In this document: positions 48,248 through 57,939 of the stretch, piece by piece
How the letters are laid out: every line of letters starts with the position of its first letter
Position numbering within the stretch: the first letter of the stretch is position 1
DNA from: Anaerolineaceae bacterium
GTDB taxonomy: Bacteria; Chloroflexota; Anaerolineae; Anaerolineales; Anaerolineaceae
DNA length: 64,000 nucleotides
Direction of reading: 5' to 3'
NCBI GenBank assembly: GCA_016936755.1
Contig: JAFGXF010000135.1
Location: 28,323 to 92,322, forward strand
The notes under the pieces: generated by a model
The model's database searches: none
The model's input: the letters and a program-made list of their open reading frames with translations, nothing else
Told to the model about the DNA's origin: nothing
Position numbers and translations under genes: made by a program

Positions 48248-49474
48248 TTAACGGACCGAATGATCGATCTGCATTAATTCGGACGGCTCGATATAAGAAT
48301 AGCCGTAAGAGTTGATAGCAGTTTTGTACCCCTCATAGGCAGTGATGCCTGGAATATAGAAAGCCCAATCACATTCTTTATCGAAATTAAAATACAAGAC
48401 TGCTTTAACGTGAGATTGCGCGGACAAAAATCCATAAGCATCCAGCAGCCATTGATTTTTGGCGGCATAACTCGGTGATCCGGGATACAGGTAAGATCCT
48501 GACGCAGTCTGGGCGATAAAGATCGGTTTTGTGGGTGCCATGGCGCGTATTCGATCCAGATAGAAACCATTGGCAAAGGTTGGGTTATTGAAGACCGTGA
48601 GTGGATCTTCCCATATACTGCCGGGTTTACTTGGACAATATCCAAAGTTATAAGCGCTGATCGCAACCACATCCACAACCGCATCGCCCGGATAATAATC
48701 CTCGAATAAAGGATCCCCGGGCTTTGTCCATCCATTTGGTGCGAACACCCATTTTACCGATTGCAAAGGCACACCTTCCTGGGTAAAAATGGAACGGAAT
48801 CGATTAAAAGCGAGTATATAATTGCCGGGATCCCCTCCATAAGCTACCCACTCCCCCCCATTCATCTCCTGTAGTGGTGCAAGATAGACAAAGCGGGTCC
48901 CCTTATTAGAAAAATCCCTGACAGCCCTGGCAAACTGCTGGATATAGCTGTCAAAATCTCCAGCAGCAATTTGATAAGCTGTTACACCAGGTGGCGCTGG
49001 AAGATTAATAAACGTGGTATAGCCAGCATCCCATACCTGTGTTAATGGCACGGTTACATTCGCATAGTAATTCCCGCTAGCGTAGAGATCCATGAACGTA
49101 CCCAAAATCGATGTCGATCGTCCTCCGGTGACCCCGGAAACCCAGGCATCCAGTGGCTTAAGCTGGGTATTGATCGTGTTTGTGCTTGGATATCCATTCG
49201 GATAGACCCCCGCCATCATGGGGAAGGGTTTGCCGATGATAAGAGGAAGATATAGATAAGAGTCAGCGACAGGAGGTTCGGCTTGGCCAATTTGTGATGG
49301 ATCATTGCTTGGGATGGGTTGTGTAAAAGCCGAAACGGGTACTTGATTATTAAGTACCACAATGAGGGCAATGAGGAGAACTATCAAGATTCTTTTCGCG
49401 ATGTTGGACTGGTTATTCATGTATTTTGATATCGAATAACGGCCTGGCAATGTTGTGATCCTGTTATTCTTCAC
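48248..49474 (-). CDS. GH26-like (clan GH-A) glycoside hydrolase paralogue 1, Gln at the predicted nucleophile position
   Basis: Signal anchor. LAPLQEMNGGEW (acid/base motif), YYPGDAVVDVVAISAYN, and TKPIFIAQTAS where paralogue 2 has E. Start is GTG 49474 (AAGGAAAGG upstream) or ATG 49420. Confidence 0.6.
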   Translation of the reverse strand: MKNNRITTLPGRYSISKYMNNQSNIAKRILIVLLIALIVVLNNQVPVSAFTQPIPSNDPSQIGQAEPPVADSYLYLPLIIGKPFPMMAGVYPNGYPSTNTINTQLKPLDAWVSGVTGGRSTSILGTFMDLYASGNYYANVTVPLTQVWDAGYTTFINLPAPPGVTAYQIAAGDFDSYIQQFARAVRDFSNKGTRFVYLAPLQEMNGGEWVAYGGDPGNYILAFNRFRSIFTQEGVPLQSVKWVFAPNGWTKPGDPLFEDYYPGDAVVDVVAISAYNFGYCPSKPGSIWEDPLTVFNNPTFANGFYLDRIRAMAPTKPIFIAQTASGSYLYPGSPSYAAKNQWLLDAYGFLSAQSHVKAVLYFNFDKECDWAFYIPGITAYEGYKTAINSYGYSYIEPSELMQIDHSVR

Positions 49475-49757
49475 CCTTTCCTTGCTTCGATTTTACCATA
49501 TGGACTAGACCCTTGGCTTACAATTAGCTTACTATACTAGTACTAACATCATACCACCCATGTCACACCGCAGGCTATAATAGTCGCTTGTAAACGCCAT
49601 TCTCATAGTATGTCGTCTGAGCGTGTAAAAAATTCCAAAGATCAACCTTGATGAGAATTCACAGAAAAGTATTTTTATTCGATAATCCCCAACCAATAAA
49701 GTCGTTTGTAATCACATCTGACACAGACGTTAAAACTATTGGTCGCATATAAGAGAT

Positions 49758-50999
49758 TTAATGGATGGAATGATCCATCAGCATTAATCTTGACGGTTGA
49801 ATATATGAATATCCGTATGTGTTGGCCGCAGTCTTGTATCCTAGGTAGGCATTACTGCCTGGAATGTAGAAAGGCCAATCGCATTCCTTGTCGAAGTTTA
49901 AATAGAGGATTGCTTTAACGTGAGGTTGTGTGGATAAATATTGATAAGCATCCTGTATCCACTGATCCTTCATGGCATTATTCTTTCCCCCGGAAATATC
50001 GTAACAAGAAGAAGATGCAGTCTCGGCAATGAATATTGGTTTTGTGGGTGCCATGACACGCAATCGATCCAGATAGAAGCCATTGGCGATGGTCGGGTTG
50101 TTGAAGACTGTAATCGGATCTTCCCATATACCACCCGAACAGTACCCCCAGTTATAGGCGCTGATCGCGATCACATCGACAACCGCATCACCCGGATAGT
50201 ATTCCTCGAATAAGGGATCCCCTTGTTTTGTCCATCCATTAGGCGCGAAGACCCATTTTACCGACTGCAAAGGCACACCTTCCTGGGTAAAAATGGAGCG
50301 GAATCGATTATATGTCTGGATATAGTATACGGGGTCTCCTCCATAAACCACCCAATCTCCCCCATTCATTTCCTGTAAAGGTGCAATATATACAAAGCGG
50401 GTCCCGTAATTGGAGAAATTCTTGACCGCTTTGGCAAACTGCCGGATATATATGTCATAATTTCCAGCAGCCATTTGATAAGCTGTTACACCATCCGGTG
50501 CCGGAAGATTGATAAACGGAGTATAGCCCGCATCCCATATTTGGGTTAATGGTACGGTAATATTTGCTTTGTAATTTCCTCCACCTTTCAGATCCATGAA
50601 TGTACCGAATATCGAAGTCGACCGGCCTCCGGAAATCCCGGAAACCCAGGCATCCAGCGGCTTAAGCTGGGTATCGATCGTGGTCGTGCTTGGATATCCT
50701 TTCGGATAGACCCCCAGCATTAATGGGAGTTCCTCCGGCTTTTTGACCAAAGGCAGATACTGAGAAAATGCTATATCCGTTGATTCGTTTTGATTATGAT
50801 ATGTTGGAACCCTGTTTGGATCAGGTTGTAAAAAAGCCGATACAGGTACCTGAGTATTAAGAACCATAATGAGTGCTGTGGCAAAGAATATTAACTTTCT
50901 TTTCGTTTTATTTGATTGGTTATTCATATCTATTAATTTCGGATAACGACCTGGCAATTCTGTGGTCTTGATATCCTTTTCAGGTATAGATTTTATCAT
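49758..50999 (-). CDS. GH26-like (clan GH-A) glycoside hydrolase paralogue 2
   Basis: Motifs IAPLQEMNGGDW, YYPGDAVVDVIAISAYN, TKPIFIAETAS. Start ambiguous (ATG 50999 or the internal MNNQSN). Confidence 0.6.
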   Translation of the reverse strand: MIKSIPEKDIKTTELPGRYPKLIDMNNQSNKTKRKLIFFATALIMVLNTQVPVSAFLQPDPNRVPTYHNQNESTDIAFSQYLPLVKKPEELPLMLGVYPKGYPSTTTIDTQLKPLDAWVSGISGGRSTSIFGTFMDLKGGGNYKANITVPLTQIWDAGYTPFINLPAPDGVTAYQMAAGNYDIYIRQFAKAVKNFSNYGTRFVYIAPLQEMNGGDWVVYGGDPVYYIQTYNRFRSIFTQEGVPLQSVKWVFAPNGWTKQGDPLFEEYYPGDAVVDVIAISAYNWGYCSGGIWEDPITVFNNPTIANGFYLDRLRVMAPTKPIFIAETASSSCYDISGGKNNAMKDQWIQDAYQYLSTQPHVKAILYLNFDKECDWPFYIPGSNAYLGYKTAANTYGYSYIQPSRLMLMDHSIH

Positions 51000-51214
51000 T
51001 AATCTGACAGGGCTAATTATTCAATAAAAACCAAAAACACGAGCACCAATAATGTTACTTTGACATCGGGTCGCAGGTTTTGACTGTTGACGGTTCGCTC
51101 CACAATTGAAGCAGATCACCTGAGTTTTCAACAAAATATTATAAGAGATCTTGGGAAAAAATAATTTGTTCAATATACTCTAATTGATTGTCGGCGCTAC
51201 ATATACAATAGTAG

Positions 51215-53488
51215 TTAAAACCATTTACCGCCGCGTATGAATAATGATTTTACTCTCGATTTTAAGAAAAGGAACCACTTCTGCTGGCGGAATTTTTGCA
51301 CGACTGGAAGTGCCAGTCGACGCATGGTGAAATAGAAATAAGTACTGGCAGGTGCGGGGGGCATGTAATCAATCGTATAAGGTTTCAATTTAGCCAATTC
51401 ACCTACAGCCCGCATATATTCAACTGCCTGGCGGGCCAGGAGGCTGTTCAATTCATTTTTACCAGGTTGTTGCGGGGTCTTCAACCGCATGTTTCCCGCT
51501 TTTATAAGCAGTGATTCCATTCGTTTCCCCATGATATCTAAGTTGAATTGCGCTACCACTCGCTTACGACTATTCCTTCCCATCTTCTTGCGTTTCTCAG
51601 GATTGAGGATCAAATCCATTAAGACCTCTGCGTAATCCTCTGCTTCCTGGTCTTCCGTGCTGCGTTGAACCAGAATTCCGCAATCAGGAACCACTAATTC
51701 CTTTTGTCCACCAACATCCGCACCGACCGGGACGATACCGCTTGCCATCCCTTCATAGATTGTCAGAGCAATACCCTCATTTTCTGACGGAAGAAAAATG
51801 ATATCCCCTGCCTTCATGAGATCTTGAACACGGGCTTGGGAGGTTTCGCCGAGGAAACGCACGTAATCACCGAGTTGGTGCTTGGTCGTATACTCTTTTA
51901 ACCAACACATGTATGATCCATCGCCAAGCACCAACGACAGAAACGGCAAATGATTTTGTGCCAGCAGATTCATGGTCTTTGCAAAGACACGAGGCTGTTT
52001 TTGTTTTTCGAGCCTGCCGGCATATAGTATCAATACGTCCGAATCGGTGACCCCAAGTTCTTTTCTGATTTCAGTACGTTTTTGTTTATCAGGATACCAG
52101 GCACCGGTATCCACATTTGCAGTGCACACTTCAATCCGGTCAGCCCTCACACCTTTTTCGACCATCCAGTTTTTCAATTGATTGCTGGTGACAACACTTA
52201 AATCGAGTGAGGAATTAAACAGCATCGAAAGTTTGGGAAAACCGCCATCCATCCATTCAGGGGTGATGAAATGAACGTAGTCCAGTATGGGGACCTTCGG
52301 GAATCTGTTGCGCAAGTAAGGAAGCAACCGGTATGTTTCCTGACTGGCAGACAATAAAACAGCATCCACCTGTCTGGATTGGATGAGATAGCTTAGAAAA
52401 CGGGGATAATCCTTCCACTCCAGGAAATTATGCATTGGAAAGACGTCAGGTGTAATGGCTTCATACTCATGTTGCCATGGATTATCTGAGGCCTTGGTAG
52501 AGGCAATGGTTAATTCCCAACCGAGCTTTGAAAGTTGTCGCATCAGGTCCAGGTTGAATTTTTCTGCGCCGCCTGTAACAAGCCAGGGGGCGATAATCAG
52601 TAATCTGCGCTTTTCTTTTTGAAGTCTATTAAGACAGGGAGCATCTTCTCTCATTGAGATAATATTGATGTCGACATCCTTGCTTATCCGTGGGAATTTG
52701 CCTTCCCAAAGCTGAGGATATCTTTGGCGAAATTCATTCCGCTTTTCCATTAGCTGATGTTCATGCAAACCTTCCCATCGGTCTGTGTGGCTTGGGCGGG
52801 TGCGATACCAATGCAAAAATTCATGAACTGAATCACCCCAATATCCCTGGTTCGCAGCTCGAACCCAGAAATCCCAATCCTCCAAACCATGGCGCATACT
52901 ATCGTTATATCCACCAACAGCCTGGACGACTTCCTTGCGAATCATGATGATATGATTGATTAGATTACGATCAAGGTTATCTTCCTGATTTTGAAAGCCT
53001 GATGTCCAGAGGAACTTATGGGCACCAAAGCCAATGGAATACCCCCCGACAAAGGAAAACCGGGACCAGCTTTCCAAGAACCATAGCCACTTTTCTGCAG
53101 CTGTTGGTTCCAGAAGATCGTCGCTGTCCAGGTAGAGTAAATATGAAGTGCGAGCTTCCTGTGCTCCAGTGTTCCTGGCTGCAGACAAACCGCGGTTCTC
53201 ACTATGGTCGATGACCCGTATGCGTGGATCCAGTTTTCGGCAATCTGCAAGAATATGTTTGGAAACCTCATCCATTGACCCATCATTGATGATCAGCCAT
53301 TCCCACTGCTGAAGCGATTGTTGCATTACCGACTGCACTGTTTCCTTGAAAAGTCTGCCAGTGTTAAAAAATGGGGTGACGATTGACACCACCGGATCGG
53401 ATTGTCGATCGAGCGGTTTATATAGAAATCGCGGTCTCTGGTTGCAAATGGGTGTATTGGAGTAGTCGGGATTCTTTGAATTCAACAT
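51215..53488 (-). CDS. two-domain glycosyltransferase fusion (N-terminal GT2, C-terminal GT4)
   Basis: GT2 half: VSIVTPFFNTG, LIINDGSMDE, LDSDDLLEP. GT4 half: RLLIIAPWLVTGGAEKF, SENEGIALTIYEGMASGIVPV. Confidence 0.8.
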   Translation of the reverse strand: MLNSKNPDYSNTPICNQRPRFLYKPLDRQSDPVVSIVTPFFNTGRLFKETVQSVMQQSLQQWEWLIINDGSMDEVSKHILADCRKLDPRIRVIDHSENRGLSAARNTGAQEARTSYLLYLDSDDLLEPTAAEKWLWFLESWSRFSFVGGYSIGFGAHKFLWTSGFQNQEDNLDRNLINHIIMIRKEVVQAVGGYNDSMRHGLEDWDFWVRAANQGYWGDSVHEFLHWYRTRPSHTDRWEGLHEHQLMEKRNEFRQRYPQLWEGKFPRISKDVDINIISMREDAPCLNRLQKEKRRLLIIAPWLVTGGAEKFNLDLMRQLSKLGWELTIASTKASDNPWQHEYEAITPDVFPMHNFLEWKDYPRFLSYLIQSRQVDAVLLSASQETYRLLPYLRNRFPKVPILDYVHFITPEWMDGGFPKLSMLFNSSLDLSVVTSNQLKNWMVEKGVRADRIEVCTANVDTGAWYPDKQKRTEIRKELGVTDSDVLILYAGRLEKQKQPRVFAKTMNLLAQNHLPFLSLVLGDGSYMCWLKEYTTKHQLGDYVRFLGETSQARVQDLMKAGDIIFLPSENEGIALTIYEGMASGIVPVGADVGGQKELVVPDCGILVQRSTEDQEAEDYAEVLMDLILNPEKRKKMGRNSRKRVVAQFNLDIMGKRMESLLIKAGNMRLKTPQQPGKNELNSLLARQAVEYMRAVGELAKLKPYTIDYMPPAPASTYFYFTMRRLALPVVQKFRQQKWFLFLKSRVKSLFIRGGKWF

Positions 53489-53754
53489 AATGATTTCCCG
53501 TATGTAAGATGGGTTTCAGAAATCTCAGAAATTACGAAAGACCAAAGAGTAAGTGCCCATAATAATTGCTCGGAACTATATCATACAGTTACCTGCAAAA
53601 ATGACTTGGCAATAATTCAAATCATCATCATATTATTTTGGGGCTTCTGACCATCAGCCCTCAAGTGAACATAGAGCATGATCCCTGATTTATAAGTGTG
53701 TATTTTTCAGGCCCGATATTTGGTGAGTTGATCCTCATGACAATCATAAACCAA

Positions 53755-55566
53755 TTATTTGTTCTTTTGGTGTTTATCATTTTCCCTGTTGGTGATCATG
53801 CTCTGTGGTGGAGAGAACAAAAGGGGTATGGAAATCAGCGCAATCAAATATACTGCATAATGATAACGGAAGTTGGGCATAGCCAGTATTAAGCTAAAAG
53901 TGATCGATTGTAATAAGACCGGCAGTGATAATAAAGAATAACGAATATTTCGATTCCGTAATATCAATACGGCAGTGATTAACATCTGTAGATAAAGGAA
54001 TAAGGGAGGACGCCATATAAACCAATTAAGAGAGGTGTCATACGAAGTCGTTATGACCCAATCAGAAATCCAATCGCGCAAGCCGGGGATTATGGAATCA
54101 GGTTCAATACCATATGGATTGGGATCGACCAGCACTTCCACATGGGAAGTATTGCGGACTTCCCCGGTTGGATCCCATATGATCCATTCCAATGATCGTG
54201 AGCATCGATAATCGTACAACAGTAAACCAGGTATGTGTTCTGACAAATTCATTGCAGCTTGGTAAACTGGTATCGACTGGTCTAAATCAGTCACGCGCCA
54301 ATCAGGTCCCAAACCGTTCCAAATATCACAACTCCAGGTGGTGTTCGACAACTCGAACGCCGAGATGAGTTGATCAGCTTTACTACCCTGAATCGAGTAG
54401 GCAGCGATATCAATGACGGATAATGATGCATCAGCTAAAAACGTGGTTTTTTCTACTTTCAACAGACTATAGAGTGGACCACGAACACCAAAATAAAGGG
54501 TGGCGCATATCAACCCGGATAGCAGCCATGATTTCCATTCCCGGGGATAAAAAATAACGCAAACCAGGAGGGTGCCAATCCCCAAAGGTAATCCATCGTA
54601 TCGCAATAGAAGAACCAAGGCGATGACAATTCCTAGTATTGCTGCTTTTTGATATCGATGGACCCAGCCCCCATTGGTGAAAACCACCAGTGCAAGGATC
54701 AGCGTCAAACCCATGACGGCAATACTGTAAGGAATATCCTTCCAAAGGGTGTTGACCATAGTGCCGTTCACCGGACTGACCGCAAACAAGAATGCCGCGA
54801 TCCATATGACCCATTTTTTTATCCCCACCTTTTCGAAAAAAGCCAGCCAGGCACCGGCGACCAGAGAAAGGGCAATGATCTGGGCAACAGCAATCACTGC
54901 CGGAGATAGTGTGATGCGTGTCAGCAACCATAACAAAAGAGTATGAAAAATGGGATGATGATCATTGAACTGTCCTGTGAGTATTTGTCCCCATTGGACC
55001 ATCGAATCCGCACTCATCATGCCGGGGAAGAAAGCGAGGAGATAGACACCCCAAACGATCGCCATTGGCAGTGCGTATTTAAATACATCTAATGGACTCT
55101 TGAAAGGTTTGCTGTTTCCACTATGACCTGGGGATGCTGTTGCTATCCAGAAGCTGACGAAATAAAGGACTACTCCGATTCCCATCCCAGTACTTATCCG
55201 GTATAGCAGGCGGATGGTCCAGATAGACACGTATGAATTCAATTCTCCGGGTGGATAGGCGATGGGAATATTTACCGATAACCAAAAACCTGCAAGGTAA
55301 CTAAAAATACCCCACGGAATGGCCCAACGCAAGGGTAGTGGATGATTTTGAGATAGAACAGTTGCCAATATAAGTTTATGGACAAGGATCGTCATCAAAA
55401 TGGTTGCAATGAGAAATGTTGGAATAGCGATGACCAATTCGTTGGTGGTGGTTTTGGGAAGCCAGAAAAATATGGCCATGCACGATATCCAGCTGACCAA
55501 CGAGGATATAAGCCAGGCAGCAGGAAAGCGCATATTACGTGAATACTTACGCATCCGTCTGTCCAA
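53755..55566 (-). CDS. large polytopic membrane protein (candidate polymerase or GT-C-type enzyme)
   Basis: More than 12 TM helices and a C-terminal extracytoplasmic domain of about 150 aa. No family motif recognised with confidence. Confidence 0.35.
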   Translation of the reverse strand: MDRRMRKYSRNMRFPAAWLISSLVSWISCMAIFFWLPKTTTNELVIAIPTFLIATILMTILVHKLILATVLSQNHPLPLRWAIPWGIFSYLAGFWLSVNIPIAYPPGELNSYVSIWTIRLLYRISTGMGIGVVLYFVSFWIATASPGHSGNSKPFKSPLDVFKYALPMAIVWGVYLLAFFPGMMSADSMVQWGQILTGQFNDHHPIFHTLLLWLLTRITLSPAVIAVAQIIALSLVAGAWLAFFEKVGIKKWVIWIAAFLFAVSPVNGTMVNTLWKDIPYSIAVMGLTLILALVVFTNGGWVHRYQKAAILGIVIALVLLLRYDGLPLGIGTLLVCVIFYPREWKSWLLSGLICATLYFGVRGPLYSLLKVEKTTFLADASLSVIDIAAYSIQGSKADQLISAFELSNTTWSCDIWNGLGPDWRVTDLDQSIPVYQAAMNLSEHIPGLLLYDYRCSRSLEWIIWDPTGEVRNTSHVEVLVDPNPYGIEPDSIIPGLRDWISDWVITTSYDTSLNWFIWRPPLFLYLQMLITAVLILRNRNIRYSLLSLPVLLQSITFSLILAMPNFRYHYAVYLIALISIPLLFSPPQSMITNRENDKHQKNK

Positions 55567-55628
55567 TCTTCTTGAGTGGTATTCCGCAATGATAACCAGT
55601 AATCAATATTATCCTGGAATTCATCCGT

Positions 55629-57884
55629 TTATTTTACAATCCGTTTTTTAATAGTTGTTCGAAGTCGTTCAATTGCAGGAAAAAATCCCCTTAATATATC
55701 GTAAGGTTTATTGAAAGCAGCTCGGACAGCATAATATAGATGGGCGCGCCCAGAGATTGTTGATAGATCATTTGTTGCCGTTATATCCGAAGGAGATCCG
55801 GAATGATGTAAAAAACCCAGGGGAGGATACCATATGGATGGATTGTCATATAAATAAGCCGGGCCATTTGTATTGATCAATCCAAACACCTCTTGAGCAT
55901 ATTGCTGGTAAAGAGTTAGATGCTTGGAACAAAGTAACTCATAAGCCATTATCTTTACGTTGGCTGTTACCTTATGAAACATGGAATGGCCCCGTATCCG
56001 ATATTTGAAATGAGGTTCAGGGATTGCAACTCCACGACATCCATTATCGAGCAAGCTCAACAAGCTGTCGTAATCTTCCATGACCAGATTGAAAGTCGAG
56101 TCATTCAAGCCATAACGCAGGAAATCTGCCCTGCGATATATCAGCGCACTGGTATTTAACGGATTATGGACCAAGGCATAAGGTGGCTCAGGGTTCCAAG
56201 TCGGCCAGTAGTCCTGCGCTTCTCCAAAATATTCAGCCCAACAACCGACAAAGCTGACATTTTTATATTTGTTTAAAATATTCACTGCCTTCCGATAGAA
56301 AACAGGATCCATACAATCGTCTGCATCCAGAAATGCCAGGAATTCCCCTCTCGCAAGAGATGCACCCGCGTTTCTTGTTGCCGCAATCCCTTGATTCTTT
56401 GTTCGCTCCAAGCGAAAGCCATACTGATCGTGAAGACTGGTCAGCTCACTGATGCTTTTCTCATCGGTGCTCCCATCATCCATGACGATGATTTCATAAG
56501 GCAAGTCATGGAACCCATTAAATGAATTCAGGGTATCTTCCAGATAGTCTCCAAGGTTGAAGAAGGGGATTACCACACTTAGAAACCCTTTCTTGCCGGT
56601 CATTGCTGGATCATTAGGATGTTTGTAAAGTCGTTGCGCCCCACGTAAAAATGGGAAATACCGGCGGGGTTGCTGTCGATCTCGAATTTTTGCAAACACC
56701 GCTTCTTTCTTGGGGGCAACAACATCATAGCTGCTGATTTGACCTGATCGTGCCTGCGCTGCGGATGCCATCCGGTTATATTCAGTCGGATTAAGTTTGA
56801 GCAAAGACTGAACTTTATCAACCAGGTCCCCGGTTTTTTGATGGGAGAATACATAGCCACTGATCCCATTCTCTACCATTTCGGAATGGCCGCCGCTTTG
56901 CGAAACGATCACCGGACATCCGGCACTCATTGCTTCCAACACTGCATAGGGGTAATTTTCAAATATCGAGGGCAGGATCATCGCCCGGACCTGATTTAAT
57001 TTCTGCTTGACAATCTGCGGAGATTGTTTTCCCTTCCAGGATAGTAAGTTGGCTTCAATGTACCTTCCGTACTTCTTCTGGAGGAGCTCACTCATATTAC
57101 GTTGAAGCAATTCATCGTACCAATCATCACCCATTAAATATAAGGATTCGTTCATTCCAGCATCCCACATTTGACTAAAAGCAGATAACAGGAGTTCAAT
57201 CCCTTTTCGACGTTCCAGTTTTGCTGCATAAAGAAACCCGTGCCGATCTTGACTCTTATTTCCCTGCCCCCCGTTAACTGGATGATTATAAGGATTGGCG
57301 ATTACGAGGCTGTGATTGCGAACCTTTGGAAGTTCTTTCTCGATTTCATTTCTCAGGCAAACACTGGGATACACCACTGCATCAGCTGCGATGAATGAAA
57401 AGCGCTCCATTTCCCCGATCCAATAATCCGGGAAACGGAAAGATGGAGCCAGATCATATAGATTGCATAGATAGAGTGGGGTATGGGCAGTAACGAGAAC
57501 GGGTAACTTGGCCAGGGCCTCATCCAGCAACCAACTGCGTTGGAGAATAAAGTAAGGCAGCCCTAAATATTCCTGGGCTTCGAGTGCATCCGGCAGTCCC
57601 TCTTTCCTGGAAAATTCCGCCAGAACCATTGCGGCATCGTAACTACGCCTGGCAAAGTTACCTAATGCGTTGCTTTGTGGATTTTGATTTTCACCAAAAT
57701 GCACTACTCTCAAATGATCTGACCTGTTTTCGGTTTGCCAGTTCTCCAAATGAGATTTGGCTGGCGTGAATACAGTTAGATAATGTCCACGCTGGCAAAG
57801 CATTTGAACCGTATGATCGCAATAAGTTGAAATCCCACCCCCGTAATCCGGCGGATACTCGCCAGTAAGTAACCAGATGTTCAT
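55629..57884 (-). CDS. two-domain glycosyltransferase fusion (N-terminal GT4, C-terminal GT2)
   Basis: GT4 half: MNIWLLTGEYPPDYGGGISTY, PSIFENYPYAVLEAMSAGCPVIVS. GT2 half: LSVVIPFFNLGDYL, IIVMDDGSTDE, FLDADDCMDP. Confidence 0.8.
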   Translation of the reverse strand: MNIWLLTGEYPPDYGGGISTYCDHTVQMLCQRGHYLTVFTPAKSHLENWQTENRSDHLRVVHFGENQNPQSNALGNFARRSYDAAMVLAEFSRKEGLPDALEAQEYLGLPYFILQRSWLLDEALAKLPVLVTAHTPLYLCNLYDLAPSFRFPDYWIGEMERFSFIAADAVVYPSVCLRNEIEKELPKVRNHSLVIANPYNHPVNGGQGNKSQDRHGFLYAAKLERRKGIELLLSAFSQMWDAGMNESLYLMGDDWYDELLQRNMSELLQKKYGRYIEANLLSWKGKQSPQIVKQKLNQVRAMILPSIFENYPYAVLEAMSAGCPVIVSQSGGHSEMVENGISGYVFSHQKTGDLVDKVQSLLKLNPTEYNRMASAAQARSGQISSYDVVAPKKEAVFAKIRDRQQPRRYFPFLRGAQRLYKHPNDPAMTGKKGFLSVVIPFFNLGDYLEDTLNSFNGFHDLPYEIIVMDDGSTDEKSISELTSLHDQYGFRLERTKNQGIAATRNAGASLARGEFLAFLDADDCMDPVFYRKAVNILNKYKNVSFVGCWAEYFGEAQDYWPTWNPEPPYALVHNPLNTSALIYRRADFLRYGLNDSTFNLVMEDYDSLLSLLDNGCRGVAIPEPHFKYRIRGHSMFHKVTANVKIMAYELLCSKHLTLYQQYAQEVFGLINTNGPAYLYDNPSIWYPPLGFLHHSGSPSDITATNDLSTISGRAHLYYAVRAAFNKPYDILRGFFPAIERLRTTIKKRIVK

Positions 57885-57939
57885 TTTAGTCGCGAGCCTT
57901 TTATAAGATTCATATTTCCATTATAAAGCACGACAGAGC

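Larger units (their letters stand above)
48248..50999 (-). repeat. tandem gene duplication (two ~1.2-kb GH26-like copies separated by ~280 bp)
   Basis: The proteins are collinear along their full length. One example is a roughly 60-nt block, 48749-48808 versus 50252-50311, that differs at only 2 positions (cccattttaccga[t/c]tgcaaaggcacaccttcctgggtaaaaatgga[a/g]cggaatcgatta). Confidence 0.85.

Noticed and set aside
49400-49474. The conserved TTGCCAGG[C/T]CGTTAT block upstream of the internal MNNQSN start in both GH26-like copies, considered as a promoter for a leaderless mRNA.
   Set aside because: The spacing to the ATG does not fit a -10/TSS geometry. The conservation is equally explained by the block being coding sequence (LPGRY) of the longer ORFs, or by the recent duplication.
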